Source: Bdellovibrionota bacterium (lineage in GTDB: Bacteria; Bdellovibrionota_C; UBA2361). From it: a stretch of 64,000 nucleotides of DNA. This document shows positions 27,969 to 38,300 of this stretch, piece after piece. The notes under the pieces were generated by a model. It was not told where the DNA came from. It searched no databases and worked only from the letters and a program-made list of their open reading frames with translations. The stretch covers positions 13,915-77,914 of the forward strand of contig JBILDU010000002.1 of assembly GCA_044352465.1 (NCBI GenBank), given 5' to 3'. The stretch's first letter is position 1; each line of letters starts with the position of its first letter. The translations under genes and the position numbers were made by a program.

Positions 27969-29435
27969 ATGAATCTGCGAAAAACGCTCGGTATTGCTCT
28001 CCTCCTGGGAGGTCTCGTCGCATACATCCGGTTCTTTGAATTGCCCCGCGAAGAGGCGCGATTAACAGCTGACCAGCCTTATCGAGGGGTTTCACCGCAA
28101 GAATTCTCGGCGTTAACGGTTCGCAGAGGGGCCGAGACCTTTCGTTTTATTAATTCCGACGTCGTGACAAAAGGGGCGGCGGCCCCGACCCCTGATCCCG
28201 TGACGCTCGCTTCGGTCGATCGCTCGAAGAGCTGGCGTCTCGCCGATGTTGGCGCTGGCGGGCTTGATAAGGGAGCAATTAATTCACTCCTCACCGCGCT
28301 GGTTAGCTTTACTCTCGGCAAGCCGCTTGCGCGCGCCGAGCTAGCGAGCGATCCGAGCGTCTATGGATTGAAAGAGCCGGTGGTTTCCTTGATGGTGACG
28401 CGTGGGGAAGAGACGCGGGAGATCCGTTTCGGGGCTCTTAATGAGTATGTGTCGAAGCGTTACGTGGCGAGCGGGGATGAGGTGTACCTGATTGCGGACG
28501 GGTTGTTCACTGCGGTCGATAAGGCGCGCGATCAGTTTCGCAATCGCAATCCGATTGATTTTGCTGACAGTGAGTTGGCGGCGGTGAAACTGAAGAGCGG
28601 TAGCACGACGTTGAGTTTTGTGAGCGATGATTCTTTTCGGTGGCGGATGACCGAGCCGGTCGCCTTTAAGGTCAGCGATACCGCGATGGCGAATCTGGGG
28701 CGAGCGCTACGGAATATTCGTGTAGCCGACTTTGTTGATGACGTGGGAGAACTCGGGCAATACGGGCTTGCGGTGCCGAAGTTGTCGGTCGAGCTTCAAT
28801 TTCGTCAGGAGGTCCGGCCCGAGCCTTTAAGTATTGATATCGGAGTGGTGCCAGCCGGGAAGGCAGAGGATGTGTTCCTGCGGATCGCCAACGCCGCTGC
28901 CGTGATGCGCCTCCCCTCTGATCCAACCGATGCCATTCTCAAGCGACCGGAAGATTTCCGTGATCGGTCGATCTTTAACGTCGCAGTTGATCGTGTTGAA
29001 GGGGTGACGATTGAACGCCCGAATTTAGAGACCTTGAAGCTGGAGCGGCGCGGGGAGGAATGGACAGTCAACGGTGCCCCCGGGGATCGGCCGTTCATCG
29101 AGCAGGTGGTACGCACTCTTGCGACCCTTGAGGCTGAATCGTTCGCTCGGACTGGTGTGGTGACGGGGGTCGAAAAGCCAACGGCGCGGATATCGGTCAC
29201 GGTCCGAGGCCCGGAGCCTGAAGCGCCGGTAACGTCTCGCGTCCTTGTCGTCGGCAGTCGTGTCATGGACGGTGAGAGTGAAACGGGTTACTATGGCCAG
29301 GTGAGCGACGGTAAAGAGACGTTCATCATCGGGGCGAAAGACTTTAAGCTACTCCTCCCGTTGAAAGAGTCGCTTGTGAAGATGAGCGCCGAAGCCGGGG
29401 AGGCGTCTCCCGATACGACCCCAGTGGGGGAGTGA
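27969..29435 (+). CDS. DUF4340-like periplasmic protein (typical partner of GldG-like genes)
   Basis: N-terminal anchor MNLRKTLGIALLLGGLVAYIRFF. 488-aa soluble domain. Conserved position downstream of gldG-like genes. Confidence 0.6.
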   Translation: MNLRKTLGIALLLGGLVAYIRFFELPREEARLTADQPYRGVSPQEFSALTVRRGAETFRFINSDVVTKGAAAPTPDPVTLASVDRSKSWRLADVGAGGLDKGAINSLLTALVSFTLGKPLARAELASDPSVYGLKEPVVSLMVTRGEETREIRFGALNEYVSKRYVASGDEVYLIADGLFTAVDKARDQFRNRNPIDFADSELAAVKLKSGSTTLSFVSDDSFRWRMTEPVAFKVSDTAMANLGRALRNIRVADFVDDVGELGQYGLAVPKLSVELQFRQEVRPEPLSIDIGVVPAGKAEDVFLRIANAAAVMRLPSDPTDAILKRPEDFRDRSIFNVAVDRVEGVTIERPNLETLKLERRGEEWTVNGAPGDRPFIEQVVRTLATLEAESFARTGVVTGVEKPTARISVTVRGPEPEAPVTSRVLVVGSRVMDGESETGYYGQVSDGKETFIIGAKDFKLLLPLKESLVKMSAEAGEASPDTTPVGE

Positions 29436-29569
29436 TTTCATACCCAAAGAGGCTCTCGCAGTCGTTGAGCGTGAACTACTTTTCCCGGAGCAAGCAGGCT
29501 TTCGGGGACAAGGGGGCTTGCGGTGATCGACGGGGCTCGGTTTGAGTCACCCCGATCTGTCGGAGGGCG

Positions 29570-32020
29570 ATGTTTAAGAAGCTACTGGTCATTGGGTTCG
29601 TTCTCGCGCTACTCGCCGGAATAGGCGGAGCTGCGTTCGTTGCGTGGGGGTACTTCTATATTACCCGCGATCTCCCGCAGCTCTCGACGATAGAGGACTA
29701 CCGTCCCCCGGTGGTCAGTACGATGTTCGCGGCCGATGGTACCCCTATCGCGGAATTTTTTACGGAACGTCGCTATCCGGCAAAGCTTCCTGAAGTGCCG
29801 CTCTACGTCCGCAACGCATTTCTGGCGGCTGAAGATGCTTCGTTCTACAGCCACGCTGGCATTGACCCGGTCAGTATCCTCCGGGCGTTTGTAAAGAACC
29901 TCCAGGCGGGATCAGCCAGCCAGGGGGGCTCGACCATCACCCAACAAGTCGTCAAAAATCTCCTCCTCACCCCGGAGAAGAAGATCACCCGAAAGATCAA
30001 AGAAGCGATTTTATCGTATCAGCTCGAGAGGCGGTTTTCTAAAGATGAGATTTTTGAGCTGTATCTCAACCAGATATTTTTTGGGAATACAGCGTACGGT
30101 CTCAAAGCAGCAGCGCGGGTATATTTTCAGAAGTCACTCGATCAGCTCACTCTGGCGGAGGGCGCGATGTTGGCGGGGCTCCCCAAAGCCCCGAGTAAAT
30201 ATTCCCCGCTCTCGAATATGCCTCGGGCGAAACGCCGTCAGAAATACGTTCTCGATCAGATGGTGAAGGCGGGCTTTGTGACCGCGGAGGCTGCCGAGGC
30301 GGCGAATCGGGAGAAGATCCGAGTTTTCCCGGCGAGTTTCAATAATATTAGTCGAGCCCCGTATTATGTCGCTGAGGCGCGGCGATTATTTTTAGAGCGG
30401 TGGCGCGATATCAACATCGATGCGGATGGAGTTCAGATTCATACGGCACTCGATCTGAACGCGGATCGGTTCTTGACCATCGCCGTGCGTCGGGGACTAC
30501 GCGAGGTCGATAAACGTCGGGGATGGCGTGGGCCTCTCGCCTCGATTGAGAACGCCGATCGGACCATTTTTCTCGAGCGTTTCGGTAATGCATTGCAGAG
30601 TGGCTTTACCCCTGAGGTGGTCTATCCTGCGCTGGTGACGGCGGTGTCGCGTGAGCGCAAGAACGTTGCCGTTGATCTGGGTGGCGCAACGGCAACGGTT
30701 GATCTGCGGGAGGCCGCGTGGGCGAAGAAGCGGTTGGCGAAAGACGATAAAGTTTCCTGGATCAACCTCGAAGATACGCTGCGGGTCGGCGATGTGATCG
30801 AGGTATCGCTTCGCGACGAGAGTAATAATGCGAAAAAGGATGAGGGAGCAGGGCCACCGACGCAGCTCAAAGACGTGTTCCTCGACCAGACGCCCGATCT
30901 GGAGGGGGCGATGGTGCTCCTTGATCCGCATTCCGGTAAGGTTACGGCGCTTGTCGGCGGGTACAGCTACGGACGGAGTCAGTTCAATCGAGCAACGCAG
31001 TCGTTGCGCCAACCTGGTTCGACCTTCAAGCCGGTGTTGTATCTGGCGGCGGTTGATGGCTATCAGTATACCCCGTCAACGATCGTTCATGACGCGCCGC
31101 GGACCTTCCGCGTAGGGGACGAGTATTGGACCCCGGCGAATTTTGACGAGAAGTTCCTCGGTGCGATCTCGTTGCGGATCGCTCTCGAGAAGTCGAGGAA
31201 TTTAGTCTCGGCTGATATCGTATCTCGAATCGGGATCGACGCGGTCATTCAGTACGCGAAGCGTTTGGGAATTACAAGTAAGCTGGGGCGGAATCTGTCG
31301 TTGTCGCTCGGCAGTAGTGAGGTATCGCTCCTCGAGCTGACCCGCGCGTATGGTGTTTTTGCCGCCAAGGGGGTGTTGTTCGACTCAGTGTTCATCACCC
31401 GTGTGGTTGACCGCACCGGGCGGGTGCTCTTCGATGCGGAGAGTGAGTCGCTTGCGCGGGCCCAGCAGGCGATCGATCCAAACAGTGCGTTTGTGATGTC
31501 ACACATGATGAAGGGAGTCATCGAATTTGGTACGGGGTATCGTATCAAAGAGATTCTGCGTCCGGTGGCGGGTAAGACTGGGACCTCGAACGATCAGATG
31601 GATACATGGTTTATCGGTTACACACCGCAGTGGGCGGCCGGGGTTTGGGTGGGATTCGACGCGAAAAAGGAGATCGGTGACAAAGAGACCGGTGGACGGG
31701 TCGCGGCCCCGATCTGGCTCTACGCGATGCGGGAATTTCTCAATTACGAAGATAAGCGCAATTATGCTCAATTAGTAGAGGAGGCAAAAAGCGAGGCGGC
31801 GCGACTCGGTATCGAGTACGTTGCGCCGGAGCCGCTTACCCCCCTTGATTTTAGTCCTCCGGAGGGGGTTGACCCGTACTGGGTCAATCACGATTCCGGC
31901 ATCAGGATGGAGGCCGATCAGCCGGGGGCTTTTCTCGAATATTTTGTTCGTGGAACCGAGCCACCCAAAGCCAGTGGGGATTCCGATACGAGCTCCTATT
32001 TAGAGTCGCCTGATTTATAG
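29570..32020 (+). CDS. mrcA: penicillin-binding protein 1A (bifunctional GT51 transglycosylase / transpeptidase)
   Basis: GT51 motifs AAEDASFYSHAGID and TITQQ. Transpeptidase motifs STFKP (SxxK), SRN and KTGT. Confidence 0.9.
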   Translation: MFKKLLVIGFVLALLAGIGGAAFVAWGYFYITRDLPQLSTIEDYRPPVVSTMFAADGTPIAEFFTERRYPAKLPEVPLYVRNAFLAAEDASFYSHAGIDPVSILRAFVKNLQAGSASQGGSTITQQVVKNLLLTPEKKITRKIKEAILSYQLERRFSKDEIFELYLNQIFFGNTAYGLKAAARVYFQKSLDQLTLAEGAMLAGLPKAPSKYSPLSNMPRAKRRQKYVLDQMVKAGFVTAEAAEAANREKIRVFPASFNNISRAPYYVAEARRLFLERWRDINIDADGVQIHTALDLNADRFLTIAVRRGLREVDKRRGWRGPLASIENADRTIFLERFGNALQSGFTPEVVYPALVTAVSRERKNVAVDLGGATATVDLREAAWAKKRLAKDDKVSWINLEDTLRVGDVIEVSLRDESNNAKKDEGAGPPTQLKDVFLDQTPDLEGAMVLLDPHSGKVTALVGGYSYGRSQFNRATQSLRQPGSTFKPVLYLAAVDGYQYTPSTIVHDAPRTFRVGDEYWTPANFDEKFLGAISLRIALEKSRNLVSADIVSRIGIDAVIQYAKRLGITSKLGRNLSLSLGSSEVSLLELTRAYGVFAAKGVLFDSVFITRVVDRTGRVLFDAESESLARAQQAIDPNSAFVMSHMMKGVIEFGTGYRIKEILRPVAGKTGTSNDQMDTWFIGYTPQWAAGVWVGFDAKKEIGDKETGGRVAAPIWLYAMREFLNYEDKRNYAQLVEEAKSEAARLGIEYVAPEPLTPLDFSPPEGVDPYWVNHDSGIRMEADQPGAFLEYFVRGTEPPKASGDSDTSSYLESPDL

Positions 32021-32031
32021 CTCTGGGCGGA

Positions 32032-32077
32032 GTCTCGCCTGCATTGCCCAGCTAAGGATGGCTAATGCAGGCGAGAC
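32032..32077. terminator. perfect 14-bp inverted repeat hairpin between the convergent PBP1A and PPIase genes (bidirectional terminator candidate)
   Basis: GTCTCGCCTGCATT-(18 nt)-AATGCAGGCGAGAC. A T-run (TTTTTT) follows at 32091-32096. Confidence 0.5.
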
Positions 32078-32284
32078 GATCGGAAAGTTTTTTCACCCGA
32101 GAATTTGTATCGTCGGGCTCGAGAGTATGGCGCCCTGTCGTGGGCACCTCATCGTACGCTGAATAGGTTCCGACTGTGGATGCTGTTGGGAAGCTCCGCG
32201 AGTGGAATCGTGCATGCGCTGCAGTCGGCGCGCACGCTATCCTGGCGAGCCTCGGCGAATCGTGGTGACCTCTTGGGCGCTGCT

Positions 32285-32899
32285 CTACCGAGTGTTCCCG
32301 CGCACGTACACGACGACATCTTCGATGACATCGCCCCGTTCGATCGCGTTGACGACGTCCTGACCTTGAACAATCTTTCCGAATATCGTGTAGGAGCCGT
32401 TCATGTGGGGCGAGTCTCCGATGACGATGTGAAACTGACTCCCGTTCGATTCACGGCCAGGATTCATATCGTCGGGGAGTCGGGCCATGCCGAGGGTTCC
32501 GACCTCGTGGTGGCGTGAATTGAACTCGGCCGGCAGGGTGTATCCCGGTCCCCCAGTCGGGTTACCGATCGGTCCCCCCCCTTGAATGACGTATCCGGGG
32601 TATATGAGGTGAAACGTCGTTCCACGGTAAAATCCTTTATCGGCGAGGTGCTTGAAGTTTGCGACATGCCATGGCGCATCTGCGGGGAAAAGTTCGAAGA
32701 TGATTCGACCTTTCTTCGTCACGATAGCGCCGCTTTTAATCTTGAGAAGCTCGCTCCGCGGAGGGAGCTTAAATGGCGGGTCCGCCTCCGCATATCCAGG
32801 TACCTCGAGCAGGAGGAGGGTGAGGATAAGGATCAGGATAAATGCCGTAACACCGCCTCCGCGGCGACCGTGAGTGGTTCTGAGGGACGGTCTTTTCAT
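32285..32899 (-). CDS. cyclophilin-type peptidyl-prolyl cis-trans isomerase (membrane-anchored/secreted)
   Basis: FHLIYPGYVIQGGGP…GTLGMARLPDDMNPGRESNGSQFHIVIGDSPHMNGSYTIFGKIVQGQDVV. N-terminal hydrophobic anchor present. Start at MKRPSL. Confidence 0.85.
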   Translation of the reverse strand: MKRPSLRTTHGRRGGGVTAFILILILTLLLLEVPGYAEADPPFKLPPRSELLKIKSGAIVTKKGRIIFELFPADAPWHVANFKHLADKGFYRGTTFHLIYPGYVIQGGGPIGNPTGGPGYTLPAEFNSRHHEVGTLGMARLPDDMNPGRESNGSQFHIVIGDSPHMNGSYTIFGKIVQGQDVVNAIERGDVIEDVVVYVRGNTR

Positions 32900-33180
32900 G
32901 GACTCCGGTTGCAAGTTGGATGGCTCAATCATCCTTATCCTAAAGCACGGCTTACCGTGTGGTCGAGTGCAACCGTTGGAGACTCCCCCTCTTAAAGGTG
33001 GGGTAATTTGAGTGCAGGTCGCGCTCTCCCGCTGTAGGTGTTTGTTTTTACTGCATTTTTAGTGTGTGGTGGCTTTAGAAAGAGGAGTCGCGGTCGATTC
33101 TCTCCAACCGTTGGCCCCTTCGGTTCTACCCTTATGCTTTTGGATTCGTTGGGTTATCATGCGGTCCTGGCAAATTTTTT

Positions 33181-35337
33181 TTGATCGCTCAGGTGTTTAC
33201 CCCCCGTTTCTTGCGGTTCTTCCTCTGCCTCGCCCTCGCGCTAATCTCAGCGCCGCGTGAGCATCTCCTCGCGCAGGAACGGGCGCTTAAAACCGACATT
33301 AAAGAGAAGGTCGACGCTATACTGTTACTCGATGGGTCGGGGAGTATGCGGGTTACCGATCCGGGCAGACTTCGGGACGAGGGCGCAAAGCTTTTTCTCG
33401 AGTTTTTAAAGCCGGGTGATCGGGTCGGGATCATCGAATTCTCGGGTGATGCGAAGGTCGTCCGACCGCTTGAGCCGTTTGCGCGCGAGCAAGTGTCAGC
33501 GGTGGCCCGCGAGGTCGATGCTGTCGGAAATTCAGGCGAGTATACCGATATCGTCGCCGGATTGCGTCTAGCGAAGAGTGTTCTCGAAGCGAATCCCCGC
33601 AGCGACGCAAATCAGGTGGTGGTTCTACTTTCCGATGGAAAGCTTGATCCTAATCCGGCGGCCGGCTCGGCGGTGAGTGCGCGCCAGGGGTTAGTTGAGG
33701 AGCTTTTGCCTGCGCTGAGAGAGTCTGGTCTGAAGGTTCATACACTGGCTTTTGGGGATCTCGTTGACCGGGAACTCCTTGAGAAGATCGCGGCCGATAC
33801 GAGTGGGTCGAGTTGGTATACGCCGAGCGCTTCAAAGATTCATGAGTCGTACGCAGAGCTCTTTCTTGTGGTGAAGAGCCCGCAGGTTCTCCCGCTGACG
33901 ACGAAGGGGTTTAAGATCGATGCGGGTATCGACGAGGCGACGTTCTACATTAATCGTGAGGCGGCGGATGCCCCGATTTCGATTCGCAGCCCCGATGGAA
34001 CGATTATAACGCCCGAAAATCCCCCGCCCTCGGTGCGGTGGTTTCAGGGGCAAAAGTTCGATGTCGTGACGGTCTTACAACCCCGACTCGGAGATTGGCG
34101 AATTAACGGACTCCCCTCGAACGATAGTTTTGCCACCGTCCTCACGAACTTAAAGCTGATCACCGATTGGCCAACATCTTCGAGCCTTGGTGCCCCGCTC
34201 CTCGTCCAGGCGCGGCTCTATGAAAATGAAAAGCCGGTCGTGTTGCGCGAGATGGCCGGGGCAACGAAGTACGCCTTCGAAATTACCCCGTCGGATAAGA
34301 TCTCCGAGCCGATTATACGGGAGTTTTTGTTTGATGACGGTACGCACGGCGACAAAGTTGCGGATGACGGTATCTTCTCTCATGAGGTTGAGATCGCCGA
34401 GGTCGGCGAGTATCGCCTCAAAGTGATCGCTCGAGCGCCGACCTTTGAGCGAAGTCAGCAGGTGCCGTTTAAGATAAAACCTCGAATCGTCGAGCTCGTT
34501 GTCCAGCCTGCAGATGAGCACGGTGGAGACGCTGCGGCTGGTGCGCATGGTTCTCAAGGTGATGGCCATGGTGGTGAGGAGTCTTTGGGCGGGTCGGGTG
34601 ATGTCTTCTCGATTACCCTCAGCCCTGATGCGGAGGTCTTACGGCGGATCGATGTAAAGCTTGTCGCGGTGAATGCGCAGAAGAAGCGCTTCGTTATCCC
34701 GCTCGAAAAACACGGTGAAGGGTTTCGGGGCTTTTCCTCCTTTCTCCCCGGAGCGGGTGAATATCAGCTGAAAGCAACTTTGACCGGTGAGGGGCGTCGG
34801 GCCGGTAAGCTCAAAGACGGTGGAGGAACGCCTCTTACGATTCGGGAAGAGAGCGCAGTGGTTACGTACCATAAAGTGGCGCGACCAGGCGAAGAGTCGG
34901 CGCTCCAAGTGGTTGTCGTTAACAAAGAGAAGGTCGAATCACCCACGCCTTATTACGTTTTGATAGTCGGGCTTAATCTCGTGCTCGGTGGGGTTTTCTT
35001 CGCGCTGCTCGGCCGCGGTTCGGCCGCTTCCCGGGAACCGCTGCCTGAGTTCGCTTCAATCCAGCCGCTCAAAGCGCTCCTTCAGTTATTGGAGGAGCGT
35101 GCCCAGTTGATCGAGGTGGATCCGAATGATCCTTTGTTTGTTGGTGATGAAGCTCTACCGGAGTTTGCCATCGGGGGGAGCGCGCTTTTAGCAACGGTTG
35201 ATACTACCCCTGGAAGCGCGTCGGGTGAGTCGACAACCGGAGTGGTTGCAGCCTCGTCCGGAGAAGCCAGCGGGGAGCCGGGGGGCGGATCAGCTGAGTC
35301 CCAAGGTGAGGCGCCGAAGCCGGCGGAGGGAGCATGA
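33181..35337 (+). CDS. secreted, C-terminally membrane-anchored von Willebrand factor A (VWA) domain protein
   Basis: Signal peptide present. VWA MIDAS motif LLLDGSGSM. Long beta-rich ectodomain with a Gly/His-rich insert. One C-terminal TM (YYVLIVGLNLVLGGVFFALLG) and an acidic Gly/Ser/Glu tail. Confidence 0.8.
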   Translation: MIAQVFTPRFLRFFLCLALALISAPREHLLAQERALKTDIKEKVDAILLLDGSGSMRVTDPGRLRDEGAKLFLEFLKPGDRVGIIEFSGDAKVVRPLEPFAREQVSAVAREVDAVGNSGEYTDIVAGLRLAKSVLEANPRSDANQVVVLLSDGKLDPNPAAGSAVSARQGLVEELLPALRESGLKVHTLAFGDLVDRELLEKIAADTSGSSWYTPSASKIHESYAELFLVVKSPQVLPLTTKGFKIDAGIDEATFYINREAADAPISIRSPDGTIITPENPPPSVRWFQGQKFDVVTVLQPRLGDWRINGLPSNDSFATVLTNLKLITDWPTSSSLGAPLLVQARLYENEKPVVLREMAGATKYAFEITPSDKISEPIIREFLFDDGTHGDKVADDGIFSHEVEIAEVGEYRLKVIARAPTFERSQQVPFKIKPRIVELVVQPADEHGGDAAAGAHGSQGDGHGGEESLGGSGDVFSITLSPDAEVLRRIDVKLVAVNAQKKRFVIPLEKHGEGFRGFSSFLPGAGEYQLKATLTGEGRRAGKLKDGGGTPLTIREESAVVTYHKVARPGEESALQVVVVNKEKVESPTPYYVLIVGLNLVLGGVFFALLGRGSAASREPLPEFASIQPLKALLQLLEERAQLIEVDPNDPLFVGDEALPEFAIGGSALLATVDTTPGSASGESTTGVVAASSGEASGEPGGGSAESQGEAPKPAEGA

Positions 35338-36032
35338 ACTCTATTCTGTTAATCGTTGTCGCGCTCGTGCTCGCCGGTATTATCGCGGGCCTGCTTTATT
35401 TCTTGATGAAGCGGCGGGGAGGTCGGGCTGACCCGGCGCTCGCTACATTGAAAAGAATCCGCGATGAAAGAACGAAGTTACTCGAGCAGCTGCGGGAGGC
35501 GTTTGCGCGTCTTGTCCCAGTTTCGGCGGTGCGGAGTGCCCTCAAGGAGGTGGCCATTCGTCAGGAGGCGTTGCGCGCGGAGAAGGGGCGGATCACGATC
35601 ACTCAAGCTGAGCTGGAGACTGTTGACTCGCGTCTTCGCGAACTCGAAGAGGTTGAACGGGAGCTCGAAGCCAGCGGTTTGGAGACAAAGGAAGAGCTGA
35701 ACATTCTGAAGAAGAAGGAAGCTGAACTTAATTCCAAAAATACAGCGTTGAAGGAGCAGATATCTGCGGCGGTGCAAGTGCTCGATACGGTCATCTCCGA
35801 GATCGAGATGTCTCAACAGCTCCAAGAGCAGGTGCTCGCCTGCAAAACGGAGCTTCTTCAGACCGAGCAGAGTGTCGCCACCTTGGTTCTCCAGATCGAG
35901 CAGGGCAACGAGCAGTATTTTGTTCTCAAACGACGCTATGATGCTCTCGATATTGAGTACGCTCAACTGTTCGAGAAGTTCTCCGAGGCTGAGTCGCTCG
36001 TTGGTTCAAAGAGCGACTCCTCAAAAGAATAG
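35334..36032 (+). CDS. membrane-anchored coiled-coil protein (hypothetical), translationally coupled to the VWA gene
   Basis: ATGA overlap with the VWA stop. N-terminal TM ILLIVVALVLAGIIAGLLYFL followed by about 200 aa of heptad-rich sequence. Confidence 0.6.
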   Translation: MNSILLIVVALVLAGIIAGLLYFLMKRRGGRADPALATLKRIRDERTKLLEQLREAFARLVPVSAVRSALKEVAIRQEALRAEKGRITITQAELETVDSRLRELEEVERELEASGLETKEELNILKKKEAELNSKNTALKEQISAAVQVLDTVISEIEMSQQLQEQVLACKTELLQTEQSVATLVLQIEQGNEQYFVLKRRYDALDIEYAQLFEKFSEAESLVGSKSDSSKE

Positions 36033-36077
36033 CGGCTGGAGAAAGCCAACCCGAGGTGGGCTTGTCAGGGGAGGATG

Positions 36078-38300
36078 TTACAACATCTCCTGAGGATCCA
36101 TGTCGAAGGTCACCTTGACTTTCCGCGACTGCTTCTTCTCGCCACGAAGATGGCCCATCACTTTCAGGAGGTGGATTGGGTTCGCTGCTTTTAAAATCAT
36201 ATGCCAGCGCCACGATGTTTTGAGTCGTTCGAGTGGTGCTGGACTCGGTCCGAGGATTTTCACGGGGAGGGTGAGGGACTCGATCATACGTTGGGCGAGG
36301 GAGCGTAACAGCAACAGTTGGGCCTCGGCTTCGCGTTTGTCTTGCGAGCTCGCGACGATTCGAAGGAGCCGCGTGAAGGGGGGATAGCCGAGCTCCTGTC
36401 TGACCGCAAGCTCCCCCTCTGCAAATCCGAGGAAATCATCCTGCATCGTGCGGAGCAAGCTGGGGTGACGAGGAACCCGAGTTTGTAAAATAACCAGGCC
36501 GGCTTTGTCTCCGCGGCCAGCTCTTCCGGCCGCTTGCGTGAGCAGTTGGAAGACACGCTCGCTCGCCCTAAAATCAGGCATATGCAGACCCACGTCGCAG
36601 TCGGCAACTCCCACCACCGTGACGTTCGGGAGATCGTGCCCTTTGGCGATCATTTGGGTGCCGACCAGGATCTCGGTCGCGCCACTTCTGACCCGGCTGA
36701 GGATTGCCTTATAGGCGTCGAGATCGTTCGCTGCGTCCCGATCGAGTCGATCGATCCGAGCTGTGGGAAATAGACTTTGGAGTTCCTCGAAGATGCGCTC
36801 AGTCCCCGCACCACGTTGTACCAGTTTTCCCGGCGGCGGATCGGTCGAAGGGGGACACGCAGGGCAGAATTCACTGGGAACGACGCTGAGGTTGCAATAA
36901 TGACAGATGAGCTCGTGGGAGCGCTGGTGGTAGGTGAAGGTGACCGAGCAATTAGGGCATTCGACCACGGTTTCACAGCGCTCACATTGAAGGTAGCTGG
37001 CGAAGCCACGACGATTGTACAGCACAAAAACCTGCTCCTGACGCGCGAGAGCTGTGGCGATCGCATTTTGAAGCTGCGGGGAGACGTTCGGCGCGGGGAG
37101 TTCCCATGGCTTCAGTCGGTTAAGGTCAACGAGGTCGAAGGTGAGTGGGGTCGCGGTGCTGTGTCGGGCTGGAAGTGCGAGGTAGCGATAGCGCTTCGAG
37201 CGGGCGTGATGAAGGCTTTCGAGCGAAGGTGTCGCCGAACCGAGAACTACCGGACAATTGGAGCGGTGGGCGAGCACCACCGCAAGATCACGCCCGTTAT
37301 ATCGCAGCCCCTCAGATTGCTTATAGGAGCTGTCGTGCTCTTCATCGACGATGATGAGTCCGAGATTATGGACCGGTGCAAAGATACCGGAGCGCGCGCC
37401 GATCGCGATCCGACAACGATTTTCAAGCAGGGCGCGCCACGACTCCCAGCGGGTCCGGCGGTGCAGTCCGCTGTGGAGAACCGCGATATCCTCACCGAGT
37501 CTCCCGCGGAATCGATCGATGAGCTGAGGAGTTAACGCTATCTCCGGAACGACCACGATGGCACCGTGACCACTCGCGAGAGCGTGTTTAATCGCCTCGA
37601 TATAGACCTCAGTTTTACCGCTTCCCGTTACCCCGTGGAGAAGGAACGGTTGAGGGGCCCGCGCGGTCACGGAGGCCGAGATCGCTTCGACCGCTGTCTG
37701 TTGGTGAAGTGTCAACTCAACTGCGTCCTTCACCCAACTCGGCTGTAATTCGGTGTGAAGGGAGGTGGGGACGATCTCCGTTTCATCGATCGCGATGATG
37801 CCCGCGGTTGTCAGAGCTCGGATCGCGGGGCCGGAACCGCGGCAAACCTTGAGGAGATAATTGTAGTCTTGTACCCCACCGTTCTCTTGAAGCATCGTGA
37901 GAACGGCGCGTTGGACCTTGCCTCGCAGTACATCTGCTGGTTCCTTGAGAAGCCGCATCGTGCGGCGATATCGACGCACCGATATCGGTGGCACAGCGAC
38001 ATCGATCACATTGGCGAGACTCTCGCCGTAATAGTCCGCGACCCATGATAGAAATTCCAGCTGCTCTGGCAGGAAGCACCCCTCGAGTTCGCTGTCCGAA
38101 AAGATACTTTTGAGCTCGATAGTGGGGTCCGGCGGAGATACCCCATCTCCGAGCCCAACCACGTAACCGGCGGCGCGACGTCGGCCAAACGGTATCTCGA
38201 CCCTGCTCCCCACTTTAATTTGCGCAACGATCTCTTCCGGAACACGATAGGTAAAAGGGTGAGGTAATGGCGGAATAACGATGTTTACAAGGTCGCGCAT
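36078..38300 (-). CDS. priA: primosomal protein N' (replication restart helicase)
   Basis: Walker A GVTGSGKTEVY, DEAH-like IIVDEEHDSSYKQ, Cys4-Cys4 zinc-binding CERCETVVECPNCSVTFTYH…CHYCN. Confidence 0.95.
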   Translation of the reverse strand: MRDLVNIVIPPLPHPFTYRVPEEIVAQIKVGSRVEIPFGRRRAAGYVVGLGDGVSPPDPTIELKSIFSDSELEGCFLPEQLEFLSWVADYYGESLANVIDVAVPPISVRRYRRTMRLLKEPADVLRGKVQRAVLTMLQENGGVQDYNYLLKVCRGSGPAIRALTTAGIIAIDETEIVPTSLHTELQPSWVKDAVELTLHQQTAVEAISASVTARAPQPFLLHGVTGSGKTEVYIEAIKHALASGHGAIVVVPEIALTPQLIDRFRGRLGEDIAVLHSGLHRRTRWESWRALLENRCRIAIGARSGIFAPVHNLGLIIVDEEHDSSYKQSEGLRYNGRDLAVVLAHRSNCPVVLGSATPSLESLHHARSKRYRYLALPARHSTATPLTFDLVDLNRLKPWELPAPNVSPQLQNAIATALARQEQVFVLYNRRGFASYLQCERCETVVECPNCSVTFTYHQRSHELICHYCNLSVVPSEFCPACPPSTDPPPGKLVQRGAGTERIFEELQSLFPTARIDRLDRDAANDLDAYKAILSRVRSGATEILVGTQMIAKGHDLPNVTVVGVADCDVGLHMPDFRASERVFQLLTQAAGRAGRGDKAGLVILQTRVPRHPSLLRTMQDDFLGFAEGELAVRQELGYPPFTRLLRIVASSQDKREAEAQLLLLRSLAQRMIESLTLPVKILGPSPAPLERLKTSWRWHMILKAANPIHLLKVMGHLRGEKKQSRKVKVTFDMDPQEML

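Noticed and set aside
36777-37535. 252-aa plus-strand ORF inside priA
   Set aside because: Antisense to the priA helicase core.
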